Below, one piece after another: positions 20,765 through 30,738 of a stretch of 64,000 bases of DNA (within the stretch, counting starts at the first letter, position 1; every line of letters starts with the position of its first letter). A program made the position numbers and the translations under genes. The notes beneath the pieces are model-generated. The model ran no database searches, was not told the DNA's origin, and saw only the letters and a list, made by a program, of their open reading frames with translations. Origin of the DNA: an uncultured Gemmatimonadaceae bacterium (lineage in GTDB: Bacteria > Gemmatimonadota > Gemmatimonadetes > Gemmatimonadales > Gemmatimonadaceae); the NCBI GenBank assembly GCA_963790305.1, contig CAWBOC010000009.1, positions 768,001 through 832,000 of the forward strand. The letters are read 5' to 3'.

Positions 20765-21037
20765 ATGCCCTGCCTCTTCGCGGTCTTCGCGCTCGTCACA
20801 CCGCGGCTGCTGATACTTTTCCTCTACTTCTTCACCACCTGGTTCCACGGCATCTTCGCTTCGCTCCTGTTCCCGATCCTCGGTTTCGTCTTTCTTCCGA
20901 CGACGCTCCTCTGGTATTCGGCGGTGCACCACTGGTTTGGCGGACAGTGGAGTCTCTGGCCGATCGTTGGCCTCGTCGTCGCTCTCATGATCGACATCTC
21001 GCCGGCGGGCGGGCGGCGTCGCCGCAAGGCCGCGTGA
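20765..21037 (+). CDS. Small hypothetical membrane protein
   Basis: 90 aa, hydrophobic (LGFVFLPTTLLWY) with a basic tail; coupled to both neighbours. Confidence 0.7.
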   Translation: MPCLFAVFALVTPRLLILFLYFFTTWFHGIFASLLFPILGFVFLPTTLLWYSAVHHWFGGQWSLWPIVGLVVALMIDISPAGGRRRRKAA

Positions 21038-21429
21038 AGGCACCGAGCTTCGGTCTGATTCTCGTCGCGGCGTTTACTGTCGGAACGGGAATCAACGGGC
21101 TGTACAACGCGGCGACCGACATGCCTGACGCCCCCAACACGCTCGCGACGATCGTCGGGGTGGTCAACATCGTCATGGGAGGCACCGGGCTGGCCGCCGC
21201 CGCGCTCATCTGGCGTCAGCATCCAGCCGCGGCCGCGCTCATCATCCTCTGGGGCGCCTCCGCGGTGGGCGCATCAGTGCTGGCCCCGCGCGCTTACGCG
21301 CCAGAAGCGGGATGGCCGGCGGCGATCCTTGGTGGCGTCGTGACGGCAGCGCTCGTCGTCACGATCGTGCTGTACGTGCGATGGCGCCTTCGCCTCACGG
21401 CGCGCGGTGAATCGTCCCCTGCTTCATAA
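21034..21429 (+). CDS. Hypothetical 4-TM membrane protein
   Basis: GTG start overlaps the upstream stop; four hydrophobic segments. Confidence 0.6.
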   Translation: MKAPSFGLILVAAFTVGTGINGLYNAATDMPDAPNTLATIVGVVNIVMGGTGLAAAALIWRQHPAAAALIILWGASAVGASVLAPRAYAPEAGWPAAILGGVVTAALVVTIVLYVRWRLRLTARGESSPAS

Positions 21430-22705
21430 CGAGACGCACGCGCCGCAGCGCGGCGATGTCGCGCAGCGGATCGCCGTCGACGGCGATGAGATCGGCGAAT
21501 AGGCCCTGACGCACGGTACCAATCTCATTCTCGAGGTGCAGTACGCGCGCGTTCACCGACGTGGCCGCGCGCAGAGCCTGAAGCGGCGTCAGGCCGTAGT
21601 CGACGAGGAGCTCGAGCTCACGCGCATTCTCCCCATGCGCGAACACGCCCACGTCGCTCCCATTGCACATGATGACACCCGCCTCGAGCGCCGCACGCAC
21701 GCTCGCGCGCTTCTCGCGAACGCGCGCCGGCTCGGGATCGACACCCTTTCTCCATCCCCCGTACTGAAGCACCGCGTCGCCAGCGGCGATGGTCGGACAG
21801 AGCGCCACGCCTTTTTGCGCCATGAGGCGAAAGACCTCCGGAGTGCCTGCGTCGCCATGATCGATCGTCTCGACTCCGGCCGTGATCGCGCGACGCATCC
21901 CTTCCGGTGAGGTCGCGTGCGCTACGACGGGCCGTCCACCGCTACGCGCGGTCTCGACCAGCGCGGTGAGCTCATCCTGCGTGAACGCGGGTCGCGCATC
22001 GCCACTCGGCCCCCACCGATAATCCGCGTAGACCTTGATCCAGTCCGCACCGCGCGCGCTCTGGTCGCGCACGACGCGCCGGATGTCCTCGATTCCACCC
22101 ACTTCTTCCGCGCCCTGCGGAATCGCGAGCTCGGGCGCGAACCCCGAGGGTGCATAGGTTCCGTTCGCGACGATGGCACGCGTGGTCACGATCAGCCGCG
22201 GACCGGGAATGATTCCCTGCTCGATGGCATCGCGAAGCCCGACGTCGGCGTAGCCGGCGCCTTCCGTGCCGAGGTCACGCAGCGTGGTGAAGCCAGCATC
22301 GAGCGTTGCGCGTGCGTGCACGGTCGCGCGCGCCACTCTCAGCGCGAGCGGCTCCCGCAGCACCTGGTCGTCCCAGGACGTTTCGTTGTAGGGGTGGAGG
22401 AGCAGGTGCGAGTGTGCATCGATGAGCCCGGGGAGAAGGGTCATCCCCGGAAGCTCGATGATGCGGGCGCCAGCGGCGCTCACATCGGCAGCGGGCCCGA
22501 CCGCCGCAATGCGATCGCCGCGAACGAGAACCACCCAGCCTTCGCGCGATTGCGTCGCGACGCCGTCGAACACCCGCGCGGGACGCAGGAGCAGCGGCTG
22601 AGTGGAGCGACTCGTATCAGCGCGCTGGGCCTCGGCCGGAGCGGCCGAGAGAAGTGGAGTGAGAGCCAGGATGGCGAGGGCGGACAGCCCTCGCCGAGGG
22701 CTTAC
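21395..22705 (-). CDS. Amidohydrolase family protein (Xaa-Pro dipeptidase-like), secreted; start codon unresolved
   Basis: PGLIDAHSH, DWIKVYA, VVAHA, TIDHG, GSDVG, ADLIAVDGDP; signal-like segment near 22690 lacks a canonical ATG/GTG. Confidence 0.85.
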   Translation of the reverse strand, partial: VSPRRGLSALAILALTPLLSAAPAEAQRADTSRSTQPLLLRPARVFDGVATQSREGWVVLVRGDRIAAVGPAADVSAAGARIIELPGMTLLPGLIDAHSHLLLHPYNETSWDDQVLREPLALRVARATVHARATLDAGFTTLRDLGTEGAGYADVGLRDAIEQGIIPGPRLIVTTRAIVANGTYAPSGFAPELAIPQGAEEVGGIEDIRRVVRDQSARGADWIKVYADYRWGPSGDARPAFTQDELTALVETARSGGRPVVAHATSPEGMRRAITAGVETIDHGDAGTPEVFRLMAQKGVALCPTIAAGDAVLQYGGWRKGVDPEPARVREKRASVRAALEAGVIMCNGSDVGVFAHGENARELELLVDYGLTPLQALRAATSVNARVLHLENEIGTVRQGLFADLIAVDGDPLRDIAALRRVRLVMKQGTIHRAP

Positions 22706-23103
22706 GCCGCGTCGACCCCGGGATCGGTGGTCGGACCCGGCTCCGCGCGCTGCTCCTTGCCATTGCCCCCGTTCCGGCCGGCGAAGAACCAGCGCAGCAG
22801 CCAGACGACGAGGAGAATCGGCAACGCGATCTTGAGCAGGGCGAACCCCATCGCCAGCACCGCCGAGATGACGCCGATGATCGCCATCCCCGCGCCGAGC
22901 ACGAGGACGATTGGGAGCCCGATGATCGCCAGGAGCAGGAGCAGCGGAACTCCAACGATCAGCAGCACCAGCAGGAGCGGAATCCCGACTACCTTGAGGA
23001 TGCCGGCGATCGGTAGCAGGATCACGAGCAGCGCGGCGAGGACCGCCCCGAGAGACCGCTGCAGGATCAACTTGAGCAACCAGGCTTTCACGAGCGTCCA
23101 CAT
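22702..23103 (-). CDS. Hypothetical highly hydrophobic membrane protein
   Basis: 133 aa, Leu/Ile-rich; GGAGG RBS upstream. Confidence 0.7.
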   Translation of the reverse strand: MWTLVKAWLLKLILQRSLGAVLAALLVILLPIAGILKVVGIPLLLVLLIVGVPLLLLLAIIGLPIVLVLGAGMAIIGVISAVLAMGFALLKIALPILLVVWLLRWFFAGRNGGNGKEQRAEPGPTTDPGVDAA

Positions 23104-23139
23104 GGCGACCTCCGGGCGGCGTCATGCCGTTTCCCGTCC

Positions 23140-23166
23140 TACGAAGCCGGTAAAAGGGAAGTTTCA
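23140..23166 (-). promoter_or_regulatory. Putative ECF-sigma promoter
   Basis: Minus strand TGAAAC-17 nt-CGTA upstream of the 23103 start. Confidence 0.5.
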
Positions 23167-23348
23167 TGATGGCCGATCGTCCCCCTAACGAGTAAACGTA
23201 TGCCCGCCATGCGATTCCCGGCGTGTCATATCCGCACTGCCCGGCTCGACCGGGCCAGCTTGCTCTTTGCTGAGCGGGATGGCAAGGGCATGGGGAGCAT
23301 GTTGCCGCTCGATGTCAGCGCGGATCACCCCGTGCGGAGCAACGCGCC

Positions 23349-24044
23349 ATGACGAATTCTCGACCCACGGCAGTCATCACTGGAGCATCGCGCGGTATTG
23401 GGCGTGCGATCGCGCTTCGCCTTGCGCCACGGTGGAGCATCGTCGCCCTCGCCCGCACGGCGCCGGAGCTCGAGACCCTCGCGGCGGAGATCCGCGGACA
23501 AGGTGGAACGTGCGAGCCACTGGTCGTCGATGTGACCGATGGGCGCGCGGTGCGCACCGCGCTCCAGGGACGGGACGTCGACGTCGTGGTCAACAACGCC
23601 GGGGTCGGCGTCATGAAGCCATTCGTCGATCTCACGCCGGAAGAATGGCAGCTCATGATGGACGTGAACCTCAACGCGGTCTATCACGTCACGCACGCGC
23701 TGCTCCCGGGAATGATTCAGCGCGGCCGAGGGCACGTAGTGATCATCGGCTCGATCTCCGGGAAGACGGGCTTCGCGGGAGGTACGGGCTACGCCGCGAC
23801 GAAGTTCGCCGTCAACGGCTTTGCCGAGAGCTTGATGCTCGAGGTTCGCGATGCGGGTGTGAAAGTGTCCGTCGTGATGCCCGGCTCGGTGTCAACGTCG
23901 TTCAGCCGGACGGGCCGCGATCAGTCGTGGAAGCTCATGGCGGAGGATGTCGCCACGTCGGTCGAATTCCTCCTCGACGCGCCACAGCGCATGCTCGTCG
24001 ACCGGATCGAGATGCGACCGCTGAATCCGCCGAAGAAGACGTGA
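23349..24044 (+). CDS. SDR family oxidoreductase
   Basis: TGASRGIG, NNAG, YAATK. Confidence 0.9.
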   Translation: MTNSRPTAVITGASRGIGRAIALRLAPRWSIVALARTAPELETLAAEIRGQGGTCEPLVVDVTDGRAVRTALQGRDVDVVVNNAGVGVMKPFVDLTPEEWQLMMDVNLNAVYHVTHALLPGMIQRGRGHVVIIGSISGKTGFAGGTGYAATKFAVNGFAESLMLEVRDAGVKVSVVMPGSVSTSFSRTGRDQSWKLMAEDVATSVEFLLDAPQRMLVDRIEMRPLNPPKKT

Positions 24045-24415
24045 GCATCGCGTCGATCGCTGCGGCGGCCGCGCTCGTCATCACTGGCTCGGCGCTCACG
24101 GCGCAGGAGCACGGCCCTACCGTAACCGCGGCACGCGTCGCTTTCGCGGTGCCCGCGATGATCGACCACGACGATCCGCCAGCCCTCGAGCCGCCGGCCT
24201 CGTGCGGATCTGCACTGAAGAACGCCGCCCTTCTGGGGCTCGGTCTGTCGCTCGCGACGGCCGTGATCGAGCTGACGTACACCGTCGTGCGAGAGCCCTT
24301 CGTTCGCAATGGACACGACCTGCCAGTGGCCGACCCGACGATCATTGCATGGGCCGGCGGCGCCGGATTCATCGGCGGTGTCGTCGGCACCGCACTCTGC
24401 CGGCGACGGCGTTAG
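24041..24415 (+). CDS. Hypothetical secreted/membrane protein
   Basis: GTGA overlap; signal-like N-terminus; Gly-rich hydrophobic C-terminus. Confidence 0.55.
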   Translation: MSIASIAAAAALVITGSALTAQEHGPTVTAARVAFAVPAMIDHDDPPALEPPASCGSALKNAALLGLGLSLATAVIELTYTVVREPFVRNGHDLPVADPTIIAWAGGAGFIGGVVGTALCRRRR

Positions 24416-24417
24416 GC

Positions 24418-24627
24418 ATGGTGACACGGAGGATCGTCGGGTTCCACCAGGACCAGGAAGACCACTGGGTGGCTGACCTCGACTGCGGGCACTCGCAGCA
24501 CGTGCGTCACGATCCACCCTGGCAGGTACGCGCGTGGGTGATTACCGTCGAGGGACGCAACGCGCGAGTCGGCACGACACTCGAGTGCCGACGCTGCGAT
24601 GAGCCGTTCGTTCCACCCTCCCCGTGA
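24418..24627 (+). CDS. DUF3565 family protein
   Basis: RIVGFHQDQEDHWVADLDCGHSQHVRHDPPWQVRAWV...LECRRCD. Confidence 0.8.
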   Translation: MVTRRIVGFHQDQEDHWVADLDCGHSQHVRHDPPWQVRAWVITVEGRNARVGTTLECRRCDEPFVPPSP

Positions 24628-25640
24628 GCGCCCTGGCTACCTCGAACACTGTCCGTACCGGTCTGCCCGACACGGCGCTCACACGCCATGCGAAGGTCGA
24701 GGTCCCGCTCCTCTGCGGGGCGATGTACCCGTGCAGCAATCCCGAGCTCGTCGCCGCGGTGTCGGAGGCTGGCGGGCTCGGCATTGTGCAGCCGGTGTCC
24801 CTCACCTTCGTGCACGGCCACGACTTCCGCGAGGGGCTTCGCCTCATTCGTCGGCTGACGTCGCGGCCGATCGGCATGAACGCGCTGATTGAGCAATCGT
24901 CGCGCATCTATCACGAGCGCATGGTGAAATGGGTCGACATCGCGCTCGAGGAGGGTGTCCGCTTCTTCGTCACATCGCTGGGCAATCCGAGGTGGGTCGC
25001 CGAGCGTGCGCACGCCGTGGGCGGCATCGTCTACCACGACGTCACGGAGAGGAAGTGGGCGCTGAAAGGGCGCGACTCCGGCGTCGACGGGTTGATCGGC
25101 GTGAACAACCGGGCCGGCGGGCACGCCGGGCCTTTCAGCGCGGAGCGCCTGCTCGAGGAAGTTGGAGATCTCGGACTGCCCATCGTGTGCGCTGGCGGAA
25201 TCGGCGAGGAGCGGGAGTTCGTCGAGGCGCTTCGCATGGGTTACGCGGGAGCACAGCTGGGCACGCGGTTCATCGCCACGACCGAATGCCGGGCGAGCAC
25301 GGCCTACAAGGACGCTATTCTCGCCGCGGACGAGGATGACATCGTGCTCACGGAGCGCATCACCGGCGTGCCGGTGGCCGTGATTCGAACACCCTACATC
25401 GAGCGAATGGGGCTCCGCGCCGGGCCGATCGCGCGCTGGATGCTGCGCGGTCATCGCACCAAGCACTGGATGCGAACGATCTACGCGCTGCGCTCGGCGC
25501 TGCAGCTCAAGCGCGCGTCGCTCGATGAGACGGGCACGCACGACTATTGGCAGGCCGGCAAAAGCGTGCGCTCCATCTCGAGGATCGAGCCCTCGGGAGA
25601 CATCGTGCGTCGATTCGCGAAGGCTGCCGTAGAGGCATAG
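24624..25640 (+). CDS. Nitronate monooxygenase / FabK-like flavoprotein
   Basis: ELVAAVSEAGGLG, AGGHAG, CAGGIG, AQLGTRFIAT. Confidence 0.88.
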   Translation: MSALATSNTVRTGLPDTALTRHAKVEVPLLCGAMYPCSNPELVAAVSEAGGLGIVQPVSLTFVHGHDFREGLRLIRRLTSRPIGMNALIEQSSRIYHERMVKWVDIALEEGVRFFVTSLGNPRWVAERAHAVGGIVYHDVTERKWALKGRDSGVDGLIGVNNRAGGHAGPFSAERLLEEVGDLGLPIVCAGGIGEEREFVEALRMGYAGAQLGTRFIATTECRASTAYKDAILAADEDDIVLTERITGVPVAVIRTPYIERMGLRAGPIARWMLRGHRTKHWMRTIYALRSALQLKRASLDETGTHDYWQAGKSVRSISRIEPSGDIVRRFAKAAVEA

Positions 25641-25685
25641 AATTACCTGCACTCCCGCCGCTCGACTCCTCTTGCTCCCGCTCTC

Positions 25686-26123
25686 GTGAACGACCGCTCG
25701 ATCGACAAGCCGAATCGCATTCCGCAGATCTATGGCTACACCGTCTGCCTCATCGCGGTCGTGGCGCTCCTCATCAGCATCAACGGTATCGTCGACGCCG
25801 CCTTCACCCTCGCGAATCCGCTGCACGGGCCGTACGGTCACCCGGAGGGGCTTACCAACTTCGAGTCGTATGAGGCAAGTCGCGTCGAGCGCACGGCGCC
25901 GGACCGCAACCTCCCCGTCGACACGACCTCAATAGAGACGAGACGTCGTCGCTTCGAGGCGCTTCGGGCCGACCGGATCGAGGCCAACCGGTTGCAGGCG
26001 TGGCGACGCATCGTGGGCAACGGCCTCATGATCGCGATCGCGATCGCGCTCTTCGCCTGGCACTGGAGCTGGTTGCGGGCGCGGATGGCCGAGGAGCGGG
26101 CCGCGGGAGGCCGGACCGCGTGA
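25686..26123 (+). CDS. Hypothetical 2-TM membrane protein
   Basis: IYGYTVCLIAV...LFAWHW; two TM segments flanking a soluble loop. Confidence 0.65.
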   Translation: MNDRSIDKPNRIPQIYGYTVCLIAVVALLISINGIVDAAFTLANPLHGPYGHPEGLTNFESYEASRVERTAPDRNLPVDTTSIETRRRRFEALRADRIEANRLQAWRRIVGNGLMIAIAIALFAWHWSWLRARMAEERAAGGRTA

Positions 26124-26690
26124 GTCTGCCGACGCTCACGACCGAGCGTCTCGTCCTTCGTCCGTTCGCGCTCGCCGATGCAGCCGAAGTCACGCGCCTC
26201 GTGAGCGACCGCCGCATTGCCGACACGACGCTCAACATTCCGCACCCGTACGACGAAAGTACCGCCGCGGCGTGGATCGGCACCCACGCCGAGGTCGCCG
26301 AGCGTGATGAGGGACTCACCCTCGCCGCGACGGACCGAACGAATGGACGAATCGTCGGCGCTGTGGGGCTCAGCATCAGGCGCCCACACCGGCGCGGCGA
26401 GCTCGGCTATTGGATTTCCGTCGAGGAGTGGGGGCGCGGGTATGCGACCGAGGCCTCGCGCGCGATGCTGGACCACGCGTTCGGCGCGCTCGACCTCTCG
26501 CGCGTCGTCGCCCACTGCCTCACGAGAAACGAAGCATCGTGGCGCGTGATGGAGAAGCTCGGCATGCAGCGAGAGGGCCGGCTTCGACAGCACGTCGTGA
26601 AGTGGGACGTGCTCGAGGACATTCTGGCTGTACGGGATTCTGCGAGAGGAGTGGCGCGCGCTCAGCCGCGCGGCCGGTCCTTATACCTGA
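26120..26690 (+). CDS. GNAT (RimJ/RimL-type) N-acetyltransferase, frameshift near 26622
   Basis: LTTERLVLRP, ELGYW...WGRGYATEA, NEASWRVMEKLGM; the expected tail LYGILREEW lies in the +1 frame. Confidence 0.85.
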
Positions 26691-27252
26691 ACCGCGCCCA
26701 GTTGGGCACGCGCGTCCAGCGCGCGCGATTGGCGAACGAGCCCCCGCGCAGGATCTTCGGCTCTTCCACCGTCACGAACGCCTGCGAGTCCCATTTGTCG
26801 ACGATCTTCATGATTTCATCGAGATGCGACCGGTGGACGACCGAGTCGACGATCTCGACGGTGCCGTCCCGGCCATAGCCGGCCACCTCAGTGGCGCCGT
26901 AGCCGCGCTCGCGCAGCGCGTTCGCGATCTCGACGCCGCCGTGCGGCGAGACAATGCGCACGGTCGACAAGCCGTATGCGACGGCATTCTCGATCTGGAC
27001 GCCGACCAGTGTGCCCGTCGCGAAGCCCGCGGCATACCCGAGCACGTGCCAGACGCTCCCGAGATGCTGGAGTACGTTGCCGACGACGAGGATGAAGATG
27101 AGCGCCTGAAAAAAGCCGAGCGACGCGGCGTGGTACCGCTTGCCGCGGACGGCAAAGAGGACGCGCATGGTGTCGATCGAGACGTCGGCAACGCGAAGCC
27201 CGAAGATGAGCAGCGGGCCCCAGGGGAGGTCGAAGAGTTCGGGGGCGTTCAT
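26662..27252 (-). CDS. UPF0316 / DUF2179-type membrane protein
   Basis: IFGLRVADVSIDTMR, YAAGFATG, LRERGYGAT...G.G, D.QAFV. Confidence 0.82.
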   Translation of the reverse strand: MNAPELFDLPWGPLLIFGLRVADVSIDTMRVLFAVRGKRYHAASLGFFQALIFILVVGNVLQHLGSVWHVLGYAAGFATGTLVGVQIENAVAYGLSTVRIVSPHGGVEIANALRERGYGATEVAGYGRDGTVEIVDSVVHRSHLDEIMKIVDKWDSQAFVTVEEPKILRGGSFANRARWTRVPNWARFRYKDRPRG

Positions 27253-27286
27253 CTGGTACGGAAGCTAGTAGAGAGGTGCCCGACGG

Positions 27287-29464
27287 CTACTTCTGCGGCG
27301 AGATCTCCGCCTCACGCTCCTCCAGCGCTTCAACCCGCGTCCCGAGCCGGTCGATCGCTTCCTGCATGCGCGCGAGACGAACGGTGACGTCGCCCATCGG
27401 GACGGCCGAGGGAGGCGCGCTCGGCAAGGCTACGGACCGTGCCGGCCAGAACGTCTTCACGAGCGCGAACACGAAGAGCGCCAGCAAGACGAGCTGCGCG
27501 AGCAACGTTTCGACCGTGTTGTAGATGCCCATGGCATCGATGGACGGAAAGCCGGGAATCGTCGTGATCGGAACCACGTTCCCTTCCTGGAGCTCGCGGA
27601 CTCCCTTCCCCGCAAATACGAACGCCATGTAGTAGAGCACGACGCTGGTGGTGGCGAAGAACGGCCTCAGCGGGACGCGAACCCCGAAACGGTAGAAGAG
27701 CGTGAACACGACCGCCAGCACCGCGGCGCCAGCCACGATCCCGAGAACGATCGGCCCCATGGCGTCCTTCCCTTCGCCAAAGAGCGCCTGATAGAACAGC
27801 GCGGTCTCGGCGCCTTCGCGGTACACGGCGAGGAAGGCGACGAACGCGAGTGCCGACCCGCCGCCATGCTCGAGCGCATTCGTCACCTTGTCGCGAATGA
27901 ACTGCTGCCAGCGCGCGGCCTCCACCTTCGAGATGAGCCAGTAGCTCACCGAGAACAGCACCGCGACCGCCACGAGCATGGTCGCGCCCTCGATGATCTC
28001 GCGGCTGGCCGGCATCGAGCGCAGCACCGTCTGCAGAACGATCGCGGTGGCAGCGCTGGCGACGAGGCCGAGCGCGGTGCCGGTCCAGATCGAGCGAAGG
28101 CGTGCGCGATTGCCCGTCTTCAGCAGGAAGGCGCAGATCGCGCCGATGACGAGAATCGCCTCGAAGCCCTCGCGCAGGATGATGAGGAACGATTGGAAGA
28201 AGGTCGCCCACCTTCCGGACGGCGATTCCGTGAGCGCGAGGATGCTTGGGAGCTGCGCCTCGATGGTATTCCGCGCGCGTTCCGCGCTACGCACATCACC
28301 ACGGCGGACTGCGCCCTTGAAGTCGGCGAACTGACGCTCGGCCGCGGCAACGAGCCCTGGGTCCCGCGCCCGCGCGCGCGTCTCCAGCGGCTCGAAGGCA
28401 AGGTATGCATCGAAGGCGAGGTCGCCCGCCTCCGGTCCGCGGCCGCCTCGAGCCGCCGAGAGCGCCTGGTCGAGCGTCGCCACCACGCGTCGCGCCGTGC
28501 CGCGGACATCGTCGGTCGATGCGACGGCGTTAGGCGTGGGGACGCGCGCGGCCGCCAGGCTGCGCAGATGGGCGACGATGCCGGCGAGCTGCTTCGCATC
28601 GAGTCCTTGGCTTGGCGGCATCGCGGTGCCGGGGATGCCGTCCTGAATGACCGCCGCAAGCGCGGCGTCACTCCGCTCGGCCTGCCAGGCAAAGGTGCCG
28701 ATGTCGGGTGGAAGCCGCGTCAGCGACGAGGCGGCGGGCCCATCGGCCGCACCCGCGGCGCCGTGACACGCGAGGCACGAACGCGTGTACAGCCCTTCCC
28801 CCTCCAGCCGATGCGCATCCGTCGCCCGCAGCGAATGCAGGTACGCGACGATATCCCATCGCTGGTCAGCCGTCAGCCGATCGCCCCACGCGATCATGGG
28901 CGTCCCCGCGATACCCACCGATATCACGCGAAAGACGAGCGCCGGAGTGAGATCCGCCATCGCCTCGGCGTCCCCGAGAGCGGGGGGTGCCGGGGTCATT
29001 CCGCGCGCTGCGGGTCCATCCCCCATTCCTGCCGCGCCGTGGCACGATGCGCAGTTCTGCGCGTACAGCGCGCGTCCAGCGGCGACTTCGAGCGTTCGAG
29101 TGGGCAGCTCGAGCGCCCCCTCGTTGCCGAGCGCACTGACGAAGCGCTGGTAGAGCGCGTCGACTTCGGACGGGGGACGCTTCGCCGCGACAACGCCGCG
29201 AAGGGAGTCGACCAGGAGCCGGACGACGGGCGCGCGGTCGCCGCTCAGGCGCTCCGCCACTCCACGCGCATCCTGGAGGAAGTCGACGGCCTCCTGATAC
29301 TCGAGCTCGGAGGTGAGCTTTCCCGAGGCGTCGATGCCTTTCGAGTACTCCTCGACCGCGACGCCGACAATGCTCGACAGCCGCCGCGCCGGGTGTTCCT
29401 GCGCACGCCCCGGGGCGGCGGCCGCGAGGACGAGGCCGAAGGTGAGAAGCGTTCTCAAATGCAT
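27287..29464 (-). CDS. Cytochrome c / FTR1 family iron (or lead, PbrT-like) permease fusion
   Basis: Two CxxCH motifs (CASCH, CLACH) and two REGxE motifs (REGFE, REGAE). Confidence 0.9.
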   Translation of the reverse strand: MHLRTLLTFGLVLAAAAPGRAQEHPARRLSSIVGVAVEEYSKGIDASGKLTSELEYQEAVDFLQDARGVAERLSGDRAPVVRLLVDSLRGVVAAKRPPSEVDALYQRFVSALGNEGALELPTRTLEVAAGRALYAQNCASCHGAAGMGDGPAARGMTPAPPALGDAEAMADLTPALVFRVISVGIAGTPMIAWGDRLTADQRWDIVAYLHSLRATDAHRLEGEGLYTRSCLACHGAAGAADGPAASSLTRLPPDIGTFAWQAERSDAALAAVIQDGIPGTAMPPSQGLDAKQLAGIVAHLRSLAAARVPTPNAVASTDDVRGTARRVVATLDQALSAARGGRGPEAGDLAFDAYLAFEPLETRARARDPGLVAAAERQFADFKGAVRRGDVRSAERARNTIEAQLPSILALTESPSGRWATFFQSFLIILREGFEAILVIGAICAFLLKTGNRARLRSIWTGTALGLVASAATAIVLQTVLRSMPASREIIEGATMLVAVAVLFSVSYWLISKVEAARWQQFIRDKVTNALEHGGGSALAFVAFLAVYREGAETALFYQALFGEGKDAMGPIVLGIVAGAAVLAVVFTLFYRFGVRVPLRPFFATTSVVLYYMAFVFAGKGVRELQEGNVVPITTIPGFPSIDAMGIYNTVETLLAQLVLLALFVFALVKTFWPARSVALPSAPPSAVPMGDVTVRLARMQEAIDRLGTRVEALEEREAEISPQK

Positions 29465-29513
29465 CCCGATCGAATGTATCGGGATTGCGGCGTGGACGTA
29501 ACCCCATTTGGGA

Positions 29514-29628
29514 AGAGGCGCTAGAGGCGCTAGAGGCGCTAAACGCGCTGGGGTCTTAGCGCATTCCAGCGGCTGCAAGCACCTGTGATCGTCGAGCGCC
29601 TCTAGCGCCTCTAGCGCCTCTAGCGCCT
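29514..29628. repeat. Inverted tandem-repeat element, family 3, without cargo
   Basis: (gaggcgcta)x3 ... (tagcgcctc)-type x4, with a spacer of about 50 nt. Confidence 0.92.
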
Positions 29629-29666
29629 GTTCACCTAACCCAGATCCCGCGCTACATTCCGCCTCC

Positions 29667-30137
29667 ATGAAAACCCTCCGCCTCGCCGCCATCCCGCTGT
29701 TCGCCCTCGCCGTGCCTCTTGGCGCCGCCGCCGTCTACGCGACCGGTCACGACCACGCAGCTCCCATCGCCATTACCGTTTACAAGAACGCGCAATGCGG
29801 GTGCTGCAGGAAATGGGTCGATCACCTTCGAAAGGAGGGGTTCGAGGTTACGGCCAAGGACGTGGACGACCTCGCGGCCATCAAGGCCAAGCTCGGCGTC
29901 CCCGCGTCGCTGAGCTCCTGCCACACCGCGATCGTGGGTCAGTACGTGGTCGAGGGGCACGTCCCGGCCGCTGACATTCGCAAGCTGCTCGCGGAGAAGC
30001 CGAAGGTCGCCGGAGTCGGCGTTCCGGGAATGCCCATGGGGTCGCCGGGGATGGAGATGCCGGACATGCCGGCCGACAAGTACGACGTGATGACCTTCGC
30101 GAAGGACGGAAAGCAGAAGGTGTTCGCGTCGCATTGA
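29667..30137 (+). CDS. DUF411 (CopG-like) metal-binding protein
   Basis: VYKNAQCGCC..W, SCHTA, YVVEGHVPA, VPGMPMGSPGME. Confidence 0.9.
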   Translation: MKTLRLAAIPLFALAVPLGAAAVYATGHDHAAPIAITVYKNAQCGCCRKWVDHLRKEGFEVTAKDVDDLAAIKAKLGVPASLSSCHTAIVGQYVVEGHVPAADIRKLLAEKPKVAGVGVPGMPMGSPGMEMPDMPADKYDVMTFAKDGKQKVFASH

Positions 30138-30150
30138 GCGACGCGCATCG

Positions 30151-30738
30151 CTACTTCACGACCTCGAGCACGAAGTTGATTCTCTCCGCCGGGAGAATCC
30201 ACGCGAACTTCCGCTCGTAGCGCTCGGGATCCCGGTTCGCCCACCGGGCAATGGCGCGCTGGATCACGCTCCTCCCCTCGAATCCAATGCGCGCCTCACG
30301 CTTTCTGAGAAACGCGTTCGAGTAGCGGTACCGCGCCAGCGTCGTTCCTTCGACGAAGTAGTCGAAGCTGCGTGTGCTGAACGCGTGCCGATGCGTGGGA
30401 TCGGTGTGGAAGTTTGCGCTGCTGAAGTGCGGCACCTCTACGAGCAGCACACCCCCGGCCGCCACGATCCGGTGCAGCTCCTCCACCACGCGAACGACGT
30501 GCTCGACATGCTCGAGCACGTGCTCGGCGATCACGACGTCGAACGAGTCCGCTGGAAACGGATACGGCGTTTCGTCGAGATCGTGGAGCACATCGGGCGC
30601 GGCGAGCGGATTGACATCGAGCGTCACCGCGTGAGGCACGCGCTTGATGGTCCCGGCGCCGATCTCGAGGACGCGCACCTCCGGCGCGAGACTTTCGATG
30701 TTGGTCGGGACGGACCGCACGACGGGCACGCCGCTCAC
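30151..30738 (-). CDS. Class I SAM-dependent methyltransferase
   Basis: VLEIGAG, HVLEH, DPTH motifs. Confidence 0.8.
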   Translation of the reverse strand: MSGVPVVRSVPTNIESLAPEVRVLEIGAGTIKRVPHAVTLDVNPLAAPDVLHDLDETPYPFPADSFDVVIAEHVLEHVEHVVRVVEELHRIVAAGGVLLVEVPHFSSANFHTDPTHRHAFSTRSFDYFVEGTTLARYRYSNAFLRKREARIGFEGRSVIQRAIARWANRDPERYERKFAWILPAERINFVLEVVK

